Assembly (NCBI GenBank): GCA_012295275.1
Contig: CM022672.1
Span: forward strand, 34,596,001 to 34,660,000
Origin: Chrysomallon squamiferum
Lineage: Eukaryota > Animalia > Mollusca
Direction of reading: 5' to 3'
DNA: 64,000 nt
In this document: in pieces, positions 1 to 24,860 of the stretch
Numbering within the stretch: the stretch's first letter is position 1
Layout: each line of letters begins with the position of its first letter
Notes under the pieces: generated by a model
Database searches by the model: none
The model's input: only the letters and a program-made list of their open reading frames with translations
What the model was told of the DNA's origin: nothing
Translations under genes and position numbers: made by a program

Positions 1-103
1 AACAGTTTTAAAAATATATAATACTTAATACTAATCCCTCCCGCTACCTTATAACACTTTGCTTATGTATATATGTGTATATATATCTTTGTTTGCTCTT
101 CCT

Positions 104-154
<51 letters not shown>

Positions 155-270
155 TTATTATTAGTAGTAGTAGTAGTAGTATTTTGTTGTTGTTGTTGCC
201 TCTTCATAATTTTATTTAATTGATTGATACATTCAAATATATATAATAGCACTGTATTTACATTTTTCAG

Positions 271-13130
<12,860 letters not shown>

Positions 13131-13564
13131 CATTTGTATAATCAGTAAAGAGAAGAATGATTTTAGAACATTGGGAATGTTATGAAACGTTTTTAGATTT
13201 TATTACATAGACTGATTAAATTAGTGCTATTTCATCTATTCTGTACAGTATATGATCTCTTAGTGTCTGTTTATAATTGTACAGTATAACTGACTATGTA
13301 ATATAACATTATACGTTAAATATTCAGTATAGTAAATACTTATCTTGTTATTTAAGGAGTACGTAATTATATCCTAAGCAGCAAGGTTGTTTTATTTTTT
13401 ATTTGTCAATTTAAATGTTTAATAATAATAATAATAATAATGTAAAAAAATAAACACCAAGAGAAAACAATGTGTTACTGATTGTTTAACACGAAGTATG
13501 CGCCAACACCTGCCAATTATATGTAATCTTTAGCTTTGTGCTATTTTTGTATTCTTCTTGTCAA

Positions 13565-13627
<63 letters not shown>

Positions 13628-13748
13628 GCCATAATAATTAGTTTAATACCACATTATTTGTGTTTTGCCTCAGAAACTTTGGTTTCTCTAAGAGAAATTA
13701 TTGATGGCTGGTGTTCGGAAATGAGTAAGCTCTGTAAAATAACATTAA

Positions 13749-13902
13749 ACAGAAGATTATGTCATTGTTATTCCTGTGTCAGCTTTTGATGAACCAGTAG
13801 AGACCTTTTGAACTACACCTGTAGGCCACAGGGTTGCATCCATAAGATAAGGTTACAACTTATCACTGGGATCTATACAGGATGACAGAAGATTATGTCA
13901 TT
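13749..13902. mobile_element. 118-bp insertion flanked by an 18-bp direct repeat (TSD-like)
   Basis: acagaagattatgtcatt occurs at 13749-13766 and 13885-13902. The paralogous site (about 59425-59442) has one copy and no insert. Confidence 0.6.
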
Positions 13903-14465
13903 ATGTCTTGTTCTGAATACCCATCTGAATGCATATGAATTTCAAAAGGTAATCACTGATTCCAACAGATGATGGGTTATGTTTCACTCCAGTTGTCATT
14001 CTATCCATTGTAGAATTTTTCATCCAGATATCAAATTAGCATTAGTCAGGATAACTATATATTAATTTTCATTTACTGATCTACGATTATTTTGTAGTTT
14101 CATAATTAAACTGTCGATTATGCTTCTTAATGTCAAAATAGTGGCTTTTTTCGCTTAATTATTTCCTTAGTTGCTATAAATATATTTTTTCTTAATTAAA
14201 GCGAAATTTATATTTTATTTACAAATATGTACATCTTGCAATAGATATAGATTAGAAGATTTTTTATCCACATTTTTATACATTGGTATATGTTATTGTG
14301 TCTATTATAGCTAACATGCAAGTATTCATCAGAAAATGAGGAAGGGGATAATAAATAAATCACAAGAATTAAGTATTATTTTTGTTTTATTATTGAATAA
14401 TGTAATAACTTATTTAAGGAAAGATGTACTACTACAGCGTCTATTTTTAGTTGATATTATTATTA

Positions 14466-14575
<110 letters not shown>

Positions 14576-15049
14576 GTCATTATGATTATTTTAAATATAT
14601 GTTTGCCTCAGGCTTTTAAGCAAAAAATGGAATAAAAATTAGTATGGGTTACTATTCAGTACATTTTTTTTCATTATTGTGAATATTTCAGGGTTTTTTA
14701 ATTTTATTTGTATATTTATTCTTATATATTTATTTTTAATTGCTTTTCCACATTTAAGTTAAATCAGACGTTCTTTGTGTCAGAAGATATTAAGTTTACA
14801 TTTCCTTCAACGAGGTTGTTTCTGCATTACTAAATTTTGTTACCTTTATTAAACTTTTGCTTCTGTTTTCATATATTACTTTCTAATCATGGTCTAGAAG
14901 ACATGATTATTCTAATTTTTGTATTCACTTAATATGTAGTACTTTAAAATATTATATTAAACGCTATATATTACTTTTTCTGTTTTTGTGTTTGTTTTTG
15001 TTTTCTCTGGTTTTGGTTTTTCTTTAATGTTTTTCTTTATTGTGCTGCT

Positions 15050-16370
15050 GTTTTAATGTTTTAAGTGCATCTGTTTGTTACCACAAAGGCATGGACGTGA
15101 TGCAGATATAGCAGACATTACAACTCAAGTGAATTTACCTTCATATATGTAAGCATATTTCTTTACTTCTTCCATGTTCAGTTCAGCGATGTCTACACCC
15201 CAGTGTAGTTCAAGATGAAGCAGTTATATTAACTAGAAAAAAACACGTATATAACCGGTTTGGCTATGTTATGTAGAAAACACGGCGACAACAACGACAG
15301 TAATAATAATCAATCTAATAATAATATATGTTATTAAATTCACTAGAATAATACTAATTATAATTAATTATGAATAACTGAGAGATAACGACTCTGGTTA
15401 AGATACAAACGGTACAAAACACAATTAACATTTTCTGAAATATCACAAGACCTATTACTTACTACTTATCCTGGAAAATTTATTTTCTCAATCACACTGT
15501 TGCAGAACATAAATGCTGATATTTCGTTTTTAGTCAAAGTGTGTATATATATATATATATATATGTGTGTACTAAATATGTTTTTGCATATATATATATA
15601 TATGTATGTATGTATGTATTAATTTCTCTCAGTAGATAAAGTTATACGGTTAAAAATAATTTATCGTCATGAAAATTTTAAAAATGACAGATATCATTTT
15701 TCTCTTTCAGTATTGGAAAAATACTTTTGAATTAATTTATCATTTATATCATATTGTGAACATGGGATGACAACGTAAAATATATCAGATAATTTAGATT
15801 CATTATAAAAAAACATGTGATCGTGTAGTATTCTTTTAACGGCGTGTTTTAAACCACAAAACATTGACATCAATGAAGGAAGGTTTGTGTTTGTATTTGT
15901 GTTTGTATTTTGTGTTTGTATTTTGTGTTTGTATTTTGTGTTTGTTACACACGACACACAGTGAGACGTGGTTTACGTGGTGGTCGTACTCAACATCGGG
16001 CTGATGTTGGTTTGTGTTAATGTAAGTTTGTTTACACGTGTTTCACACAAAGCAGGGTGGTACCCGAGCCACGTTTATAAAGACACAAACTGGACAACTG
16101 CCCCGGGGTCAAGCAAATTAACATTCAAAAAAACATAGTTGAGTCTGAGTCTAGTCCGTACCTTTGTATTTTGCTTGATAAACGGCTTTATTATATTCTG
16201 GCTCTGATATCAATGCACAATAATTATATATTTATACAATAGTGATATATCTAATTAAAGTAAATAAAGACAATATAGTTCACATCTTATCTGATTGCGA
16301 GTATTTTCTATAACTAGAGACTCTATCACAAACTGAATAAAACTGTATTAAAAGTTATTCAGAGTTATAT
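15050..16370 (-). repeat. Inverted copy of the region upstream of the Hog gene (27065-30160, without its insertions)
   Basis: Reverse-complement matches: 15050-15330 vs 29860-30160, 15620-15880 vs 28275-28640, 15885-16370 vs 27065-27558. Confidence 0.85.
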
Positions 16371-16372
16371 AT

Positions 16373-16381
16373 TTTACAATC

Positions 16382-16457
<76 letters not shown>

Positions 16458-16781
16458 ATTTTTGTGTAATAAAGATACTATATCTTGTTACTGTAATGTA
16501 TATAACATATCTTATTACTATAATATAAATAATATATCTCGTTACTATTACGTAAATACTGTTAATATTGTTTACATTGTTTATTTTTCACATAATAGAT
16601 GCTGGCTTCCTGCTATGCACATGTTCTCTTACAAGACTTCACACACAGTTTCACACTGTCTCCATTTCGATGGTTTCCTTGGTTGTTAGAGCCGCGGCAA
16701 GAAGTCGGTTTCAGTCCTATTTTGTCCAACATGGAAAAGCTTTGTAATAATCTTGTCAGTCTTACTTCGTGGCTGAAATAA
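16373..16781 (+). pseudogene. Internally deleted pseudogene copy 1 of the Hog gene
   Basis: 16373-16598 matches Hog intron 1 (about 31832-32172) and is fused directly to the last-exon segment 34179-34361 (ASCYAHVLLQDFTHSFTLSPFRWFPWLLEP...SWLK*). Exons 1-4 are absent. Confidence 0.9.
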
Positions 16782-17496
16782 AGTCACAATGTTTCTACAG
16801 TTGTGTTTTATTTCTGTTTGGCGATAAACAAAACGTTCACTCCTGCTTAGAGTACGTCAAGGACATGCTGGAAGTGTGCAGGACAAGTAGAACTCTACGA
16901 TCACAGAATTCATTAAGATGAGGAACATCAAAAATAACAACAACTACATACGGCCAGAGATGTTTCAGTTACACATATTTGAAAACCTGTAAATATATAT
17001 ATATAAGCAGTCGTATAAAAGTAATCAAAATATCATATATATATATATATATTTCCATGTGTTCAAATATGCAGGAAAATTCAGAAAAGATATCGAGTTT
17101 CATTTGATAGACCTCGTAAAAAAAAATAAAAATTATTCAATGTTTTTGATAGATGTCATTTCAATCTCCATGTTCTGTAAAATGTAGACAATCTGATAAA
17201 ATAAAAATTCCATTTTTCTTTTATTTTTATTTAATTAAACAGAGTATACATTTTCAAAATATTGTTGTAAAAAAGGTATTATTATTATTATCATTATTAT
17301 CTCTATCTCTCTCTCTGTGTTTATTTTTGTGTAATAAAAATACTATATCTTCTTACTATAATGTAAATAACATATCTTGTTATTATTATTATTATTATTG
17401 TGAGTGTGTGCTGCCTAATGAATGAATCAAATAATAAATACAAATAAACAACAAATGATAAAGTAATTTAATGTTTGTATTTAAAAGAATAAATAA

Positions 17497-17560
<64 letters not shown>

Positions 17561-17563
17561 TTA

Positions 17564-17608
<45 letters not shown>

Positions 17609-18123
17609 TGTCTTGTTGTCGTCTTTTTCGATTTCGTTACTGTTTTGACTTTTTCTGCATTTTATGATTGTTGTTGCTGTATTATTCTTGTGAGAAGTTT
17701 GTATTTGTGGTTTATTTTTATTATTATTATTACTGTTATTGTTGTTGTTGTTGTTACTGCTGTTGTTGGTGCGGGTGATCAACGTTATATCTTATTCATA
17801 ACACTGAAATAGTTGTATTTAATCGATGATCTTATTCTAATGCTTACTACTGCTGCTACTACTACTACTACGACTACTACAACTATTTTCTATGGTTATT
17901 ACTTATTCTTATTACAAAATATGTTATTTCTATTGTAATTATGAAATAACTTGTTAATTTTTCTTAAAAAGTGTTGAGGTGGAGAAAGGCCGAAAAAAAA
18001 ATTAATAATAATAAAAAAATTGTATAAGTCTTCTTAGCAAATAATAATTATAATAACTGTATAATTAATACTATCCCAATTTAAATGTTATTAATTAAAT
18101 ACATGTATATTGTTGATTAATTA

Positions 18124-18176
<53 letters not shown>

Positions 18177-18346
18177 GACAAATACATATTTAGTTTAGAC
18201 AACTGATAATTAACCTGATATACGAAATAAAGGAAAATTAATTACCTTCTTATTTTCGCTACAATTATGTAGGAAATTTATTTTTAAAATAATTTTAATT
18301 TGTCAAACTCTTTGTAGAAGATGTAAAATCGATTTTACAATTAAAA

Positions 18347-18381
<35 letters not shown>

Positions 18382-18909
18382 ACTGGGAGTAGCAAGGACC
18401 AAAAGGAACGATAACTCGTAAAGGCACAAATTTCGTCAACGGCTTTAATGGGTACAAACTACACCTTAATGTTCTTTTCTGTTGGAGAACATTTCCAACT
18501 GAAAAAGTTAATACATTAATCTTTAACAAATTATAATCTAACTTTATTATGCACGCATTTGCAACAAAAAGTAATCCAGAAAAGCTGTATTATTCAGGCT
18601 GTTTTTCTCTATTTTAATTGAAAAAAAATACCATTATATATTCTTATGAAGTTTCAGATATAACTATTTATACTTAAAACTAATTTAAGATTATATTTTG
18701 ATAGCTTACTCTTGTTATACTGGAAGAATGTTTAAAAAAAAATTATTATTATAATAACAATAATAATAATAATAATCATAATCATAATAATAATAATAAC
18801 AATAATATTAATAATAATATAATATATATCTAATAATAAATGTAAGAAACAAAGAAAGAAATATCACTTAGTACGTCGAGTGAAATCATGTGACCTATTT
18901 CCAGCAGTT

Positions 18910-19776
18910 TCATTGATGTTGTCGTACAAAATCCACTTTATCAGAAACACGTTTGCAACCATAAACAAAATAACGACGTCCGTTTTCTTGCTCAGTGAAA
19001 GTTAATTCATTAATAACTTGCTGTACTGTGTCTCGCGTTTGCTTCTCGCGCTTCACGTGCAAATCATGCTTAATGCAGTCGACCACGTTTTCTTCTTCAA
19101 GCGGTAGAAACGGCACGAAGACGATCCGTCTTTTTCGCCTCATATGTTTAGCATACCACTCGTTGTCCCTTCTGGAGAATTCGAAATCAATTCGTGACAA
19201 TCTTCTTCTCGGTAATTTTGTTGTGAAAACAACATTATTTATGTGCAGCGACCTGCTGTTTCCAAGCAACAGCACAATAATAGGAACGTTTTTCTTGCTC
19301 GAAAAATAATCGAGAGATTTTAGGATTTCTTCCATCACGGCGTCCGAAAAACGTTCCACTTCATCCAGAATGACGATGTTAACGTGACATTCGGCAACTG
19401 TCGACATAATTCGTCGCTTTACGTTGCTGGCATAGTCGCCTGTTAGTTCTCTGTGCGGTGCATCTGTCTCAGCTGTGAAAATCAATTCTGTTTTGCGTGG
19501 GAAGAAGTCGACGATGAACTTTGACATGTAATTTTTACCAACTCCATATGAGCCATGGAATGAAAGAATTAGAGGCTTGAAATATGTCTGATGCCTGTCA
19601 AAATATCTGGAGATCTCCTTCGGAACAATACCACAAGCGATATGCTGTCCGTATACGTGTACGGAAATGTTTTCTAGCAGTCTAAAGAAATTGAATTCAA
19701 AACTGCAAGGACTTGGGAATAAAACGTAAGCAATTCCAACGACAAGAATAACAACAGAAGTTATAGATAGAAGCAT
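18910..19776 (-). CDS. Torsin-family AAA+ ATPase (torsin-like), 288 aa, intron-free CDS
   Basis: Hydrophobic N-terminus, VYGQHIA, torsin-type Walker A LSFHGSYGVGKNY, Walker B ILDEVERF, LLGNS (sensor-1 region), FVPFLPLE and sensor-II GCK; single ORF from ATG to TGA. Confidence 0.92.
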   Translation of the reverse strand: MLLSITSVVILVVGIAYVLFPSPCSFEFNFFRLLENISVHVYGQHIACGIVPKEISRYFDRHQTYFKPLILSFHGSYGVGKNYMSKFIVDFFPRKTELIFTAETDAPHRELTGDYASNVKRRIMSTVAECHVNIVILDEVERFSDAVMEEILKSLDYFSSKKNVPIIVLLLGNSRSLHINNVVFTTKLPRRRLSRIDFEFSRRDNEWYAKHMRRKRRIVFVPFLPLEEENVVDCIKHDLHVKREKQTRDTVQQVINELTFTEQENGRRYFVYGCKRVSDKVDFVRQHQ

Positions 19777-19837
19777 GTTTGGTTAACTTAGACTTAAGAA
19801 TATCCTCTCGTGTTGAGATTTCGTTTAAATAAAACAC

Positions 19838-21221
19838 CTGTTGAAAAGAAGTTTTAATTAATTAGTTAGTTTTAAAAATACCTAATTTATAAGCATACAA
19901 ATTAAAGAATACATTCGGGAAATTATAAATTCATTGATTTAAATTATAATTAAATATGAAGAATGTTGATCCTATCATCAGTCAACCAATCGCCGAACTG
20001 AAACGCACACACACACATATACACGCAAGCACACACAGATACACACATATACACACAGAAACACGAAAGCAAATATGCATCGGTTACAGATGTTTACAGT
20101 TACATCCTGTATATAATTTTATACCACTGAACATATTTTCTTCACTTATCTCTCATGGATCTAAATTCTCGATAAACAGGGGGATTTAATACTGTTAACA
20201 ATATTAACACGTACAACAATTATTACTAGTAAAGAAAAACAACATACGATCATTTTCAAACTGAATTAGTATCATGGACATTTTTATATCGAGCTACATT
20301 GTCACTGTTATTTTTCCTGCTGATTCTCACTTTTATACTGAGCTACATTGTCACTGTTATTTTTCCTACTGATTGTCACTTTTATACTGAGCTACATCGT
20401 CACTGTTACTTTTTCCAACTGAATTTTCACTTTTATACTGAGCTACATTGCCACTGTTACTTTTTCCTACTGAATTTTCACTTTTATACTGAGCCACATT
20501 GTCTGTTATTTTTCCTACTGAATTTTCACTTTTATACTGAGCTACATTGTCCCTGTCACGTTTCCTACTGAATTTTCACTTTTATACTGAGCTACATCGT
20601 CACTGTTACTTTTTCCAACTGAATTTTCACTTTTATACTGAGCTACATTGCCACTGTTACTTTTTCCTACTGAATTTTCACTTTTATACTGAGCTACAAA
20701 GTCACTGTTACTTTTTCCTACTGAATTTTCACTTTTATACTGAGCTACATCGTCACTGTTACTTTTTCCTACTGAATTTTCACTTTTATTCTGAGCTACA
20801 TTGTCCCTGTCACGTTTCCTACTGAATTTTCATTTTTATACTGAGCTACAGAGTCACTGTTACTTTTTCCTACTGAATTTTCACTTTTATACTGAGCTAT
20901 AGAGTCACTGTTACTTTTTCCAACTGAATGTTCACTTTTATACTGAGCTATATTGTCATGTCACTTTTCAATAATAATTATAATTACATAAAGACTTGCA
21001 ATAAACAGATGCCGCTGGGGCGTAACATTCTGTTTTTATATCTTTGTATCCATTTTAATTGTATTAGTATTATTCTTTTACTAATAATTATTAGAAATTA
21101 CTGACACTCATCATTACGGTGACCTACTTACATTTTTAGTTATAATTGTATTGATTATGTTACCTGCGTACGATGCTATTCACGAACCTACAGGTTAATA
21201 ACAAATAGAAAAATAACTTAC
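19838..21221 (-). other. Predicted 5'-UTR intron of the torsin-like gene
   Basis: Minus-strand donor TAG|GTAAGT at 21222/21221 and acceptor cttttcaacag at 19838, 61 nt upstream of the ATG. Confidence 0.55.
20281..20970. repeat. About 52-bp minisatellite (about 13 units)
   Basis: Unit ttttatactgagctacattgtcactgttactttttcctactgaattttcac repeated head to tail with no unique spacers. Confidence 0.92.
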
Positions 21222-21520
21222 CTAAATAATGAAGGTTAAAGTTAAAGAAAAACACTTAAAATTTGTCTGTTTAAGTACGATCGTCCGACATCTGTCTTGA
21301 AACCGAAACAAGGGAAATTCTGTTTCCGGATTTTATTTATAATGTGTTTTATTTATTCTGAAAGTGCCTAAGACGCTGTAGCTCAGCTGAAACGTGTAAG
21401 TGCGAATGCACACCAGACGAGAGAGATTTCTTGACGCCATTTTCGCTGCTTAACCCCATGAGTCAGTGTTTGCAGAGCGCACGTGATTTTCGTTGCGTTT
21501 TTCAGTGCGATTCCATGAAT
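21222..21520. promoter_or_regulatory. Putative bidirectional promoter / first-exon region
   Basis: CpG-richer island between two outward-facing GTAAGT donors (minus at 21221, plus at 21396), with an ETS-like TTCCGG near 21325 and a YY1-like CGCCATTTT near 21436. Confidence 0.4.
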
Positions 21521-21899
21521 TGATACTCGATCTCTGACAAAGTTATTACCATTAAAATTAGGCGTAACAAAAATTAACATTAATAGATTTTGACGATAGA
21601 TGAGCCATATTAATATTTACAGAATAGCGACCATTGGTATTATAAATATAATGACGTCCTATGGATAAGTAGTATGGATAAGTAAATGAACTGATTTTTG
21701 TTTATTCATCCAAAAGATTATTTTGTTTATTTATCAGAATAGTCTTGTCGATACTAGTATTTGACAGTTTTATGACAAAACTGAAAAAAAAACATGCATT
21801 TTGCCATTTTCCTTTTTGATGTGATAAAGAAAAAAGTAAGCGATAAACCTCTGTAGTTTAAAAAAAGTAACAAAGAGCAGATAACTTGTAACAGATGAC

Positions 21900-21959
<60 letters not shown>

Positions 21960-22768
21960 TGGAAAAATTTAAACTGTGTGAAATATATTTATTCTGAGTA
22001 AATAATTCAGTATTAATTGGTAATTTTACTACTTTCGGCAACTTTTAAATACTAATTTATTTCTCTGTATAGTGAATGAAAGTGTTATCAAAGATAAACT
22101 TTAATATTTTTTTAGTGAATTAATTTTATTACATTACAGAATAAACATGCTCTTGCTGACCAGAAAAAGGCCAGACTGACCACTTGACCATGCTGTTTGA
22201 CCAAGTTCTTTAGGTATTCTGATGGTACTGAGTTAAGTAAGCAGACGATAAAATATCTCCACTATAAAAATGAGAACTGAATGGTTGGAGAATTTGCAGA
22301 GTTTTTAGAAAGTGTTTGGTTAAAGGGTGATAATTAAAAACTTTACTTATATCAATAATGGACTACACTTATAATTGTGTTATAATGTGAGTTATATTTT
22401 AACTTCTTCTTCTTCTTCTTGTTCTTATTTTTATTCTTTACAGGATTTTTTTTTTTTTTTCAGTTTAGTGTTCACAGATGTAAATGAAGAAATGTCGCCT
22501 CTGGCTGAATTTAATACAGATTTGTGTTTATCTGAGTTTTGTCATACTGACTCCCAGATTACAAACTGTGTTACCATGAGGGTCTATTTCAAACAATACT
22601 TCAAGGGGAGAGGGAAACGTTAAATCTCTATTTCAAACAATACTTGATGGGGAGAGATGGGCAAAAATATGACATTAATTCATGTGATTCATAAAAAAAT
22701 GGTACAAAAGGGAACATGAATATTTTTTTCAGAAATGAATTATCTTTGAAATCCTTGATTATTGCCTC

Positions 22769-22812
<44 letters not shown>

Positions 22813-23772
22813 TACAGAGTTAAAAAGTGTTTGGCTCAAGGGAGATAATTAATAATTATTTAATTGTTATTTTTTACTTGAATTAGTAGTCTAATTAATC
22901 ATCAACTCCAAACGTTAAATAACACGACTGCTGACAAAGAAGTTGTCATTAGTTATAATTTAAAAAAAAAATTAAAATCTGCATTTATCATTTGATTTGT
23001 TGTCTCTTAAATGACTCATCATTGTTATTTAATATTTTCATTATAATTAGCGTATGCAGTAATTATTAACATAAATAGTAAAGTCTTACTTTGATTTCTT
23101 TTGTTTAGAAAACATTATATTAAAAAATGTTACAGTGTGTTATCAGTAATTATTAAATTTTCCAATAATTGAGTTCTGATAGATACTGGCAGGATTTAAA
23201 AATAAAGTTCATCCACTGAATCTTATAGAGTTAAAAATTACAGCTGTGACTAAATATGGCTTTCAGCTAATTTATTAATAAGAACATTGTTTCTATTTTA
23301 TTTTGATCGTTTCTAAATTTGAATATGAGAAAAGGAAAATGAATTTGATATATTGTTTATTAATAAATGTTATTAAACTTTTATAAATGTGTAAGTTGTT
23401 GATTTATAACACGATACAGAACATAGTCTATCCAAAAACAAACATTAGCAAAGACTGCTAAATGTTACAAGTTTTTATTGTTTGAATTTTTTATAATTAG
23501 ATACAAATATTTACTGTATTTATTAACATCGTTATTTTTTATGTTGCAGAATTCAAACTTGATGTAAATGTGACGGAACCTCATTAGTGCCTCTTTGCCA
23601 GACTTGTTTTTAATCGTAATTTTGTTTTCTATGTAGTGAATTATATAATAAAATCCTTATTTTCATAAGCCCATTTAAAGCAGAATGTCTGCTACATTTT
23701 ATCTTTAGTCTATTATTATTTTACGGTAATATTTATTTAGCTATCTTGTATAATCATGTTTATAATTTATAT

Positions 23773-23933
<161 letters not shown>

Positions 23934-24724
23934 GCGGGAATATTTAAATAAAAAATGGAAACAATGAGTCGTCATGAAGCTGCTTTGTCTCGCAAAGACG
24001 AGATCCCAGCAAGGTTACCAAAATTACAGTAAACGAAAATCTCAGCAAATATCGTGAAAACCTGATTTGTTTAACGAAACAAACTTATTTATTCATAACG
24101 AGGTTACATTAGTCTGTTTCTAAATGGTTTTGAAAACTAAGTGGCTTGCTCAAATAGAGATTTTTATAAACTTTTTTTTTTTTTTTTTTTTTTGACTGTT
24201 ACATAAAATAAAGATTTGAAAACGTATTACATTTTTTCCGGTCGTACGAAAAGAAATTATAAAGAAGACGAAGAAGAAAAAAGTTAGGAACGTCGATTAC
24301 AGCAGGTACGCATGCATGTGAATATATCAGATCTTCAGAGAAGGGGAGATAATCGAAAACGTTTCGTGATTCTGTCTGAATTATCACTTTCTCTCGAAAC
24401 TTATGACAGAGATACAAAAGTAATCATCTTAAAATGATTGAATTAAAACCAGAAGGTGATTTTATTCCTTTTGAAAAGTTTATTAAATCACTTACCTTCA
24501 GTTTTCAGAGGTTTTCTTTATGGACAAAACGTGACTGAGATGATGTGCATATACACTGTTTTCATGGCAACGGCAACACACAATTGTACTTCAGCAATAT
24601 TTAGCAGTCTTTGCCAGTCAAATTTCTTTGTTTTGAATAAAAAAGATTTAAATAATTTCCAACATATTTAAATTTTTCCTTTCTAGAAATTTGCATTCAG
24701 TAATTTGTTTAATTATAATAATAC

Positions 24725-24860
24725 ACGGTCGTGTGGGATCGAACATTCATTGTGGATCTGTTAACTAGTTCCCCGTCAAATCCAGTACCAGTGAAAACTA
24801 TCAAGTGTTATGTCCTTAAAAATTTCTCTTCATAGCGGGTTTCTTCTCTAGACACGGTTC
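24725..24860 (+). mobile_element. Degenerate SINE-like remnant
   Basis: A tRNA T-arm-like ggtcgtgtgggatcgaac followed by agcgggtttcttctct. It resembles gastropod tRNA-derived SINEs as I recall them; not verified. Confidence 0.3.

Noticed and set aside
16599-16781. 60-aa ORF as an independent small gene
   Set aside because: It is the tail of the Hog last exon; its ATG is a private change at the deletion junction (the other copy has ATT).
18995-19309. 104-aa plus-strand ORF
   Set aside because: Antisense shadow of the torsin CDS with no recognisable features.
20281-20970. CRISPR-like look of the 52-bp array and its FYTELHCHCY ORFs
   Set aside because: Units are contiguous with no unique spacers, there are no cas genes and the context is eukaryotic; it is an ordinary minisatellite.
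22215-22283. Possible C/D-box snoRNA (TGATGG...CTGA)
   Set aside because: The C box is imperfect, the terminal stem is weak, and I could not identify an rRNA-complementary guide.
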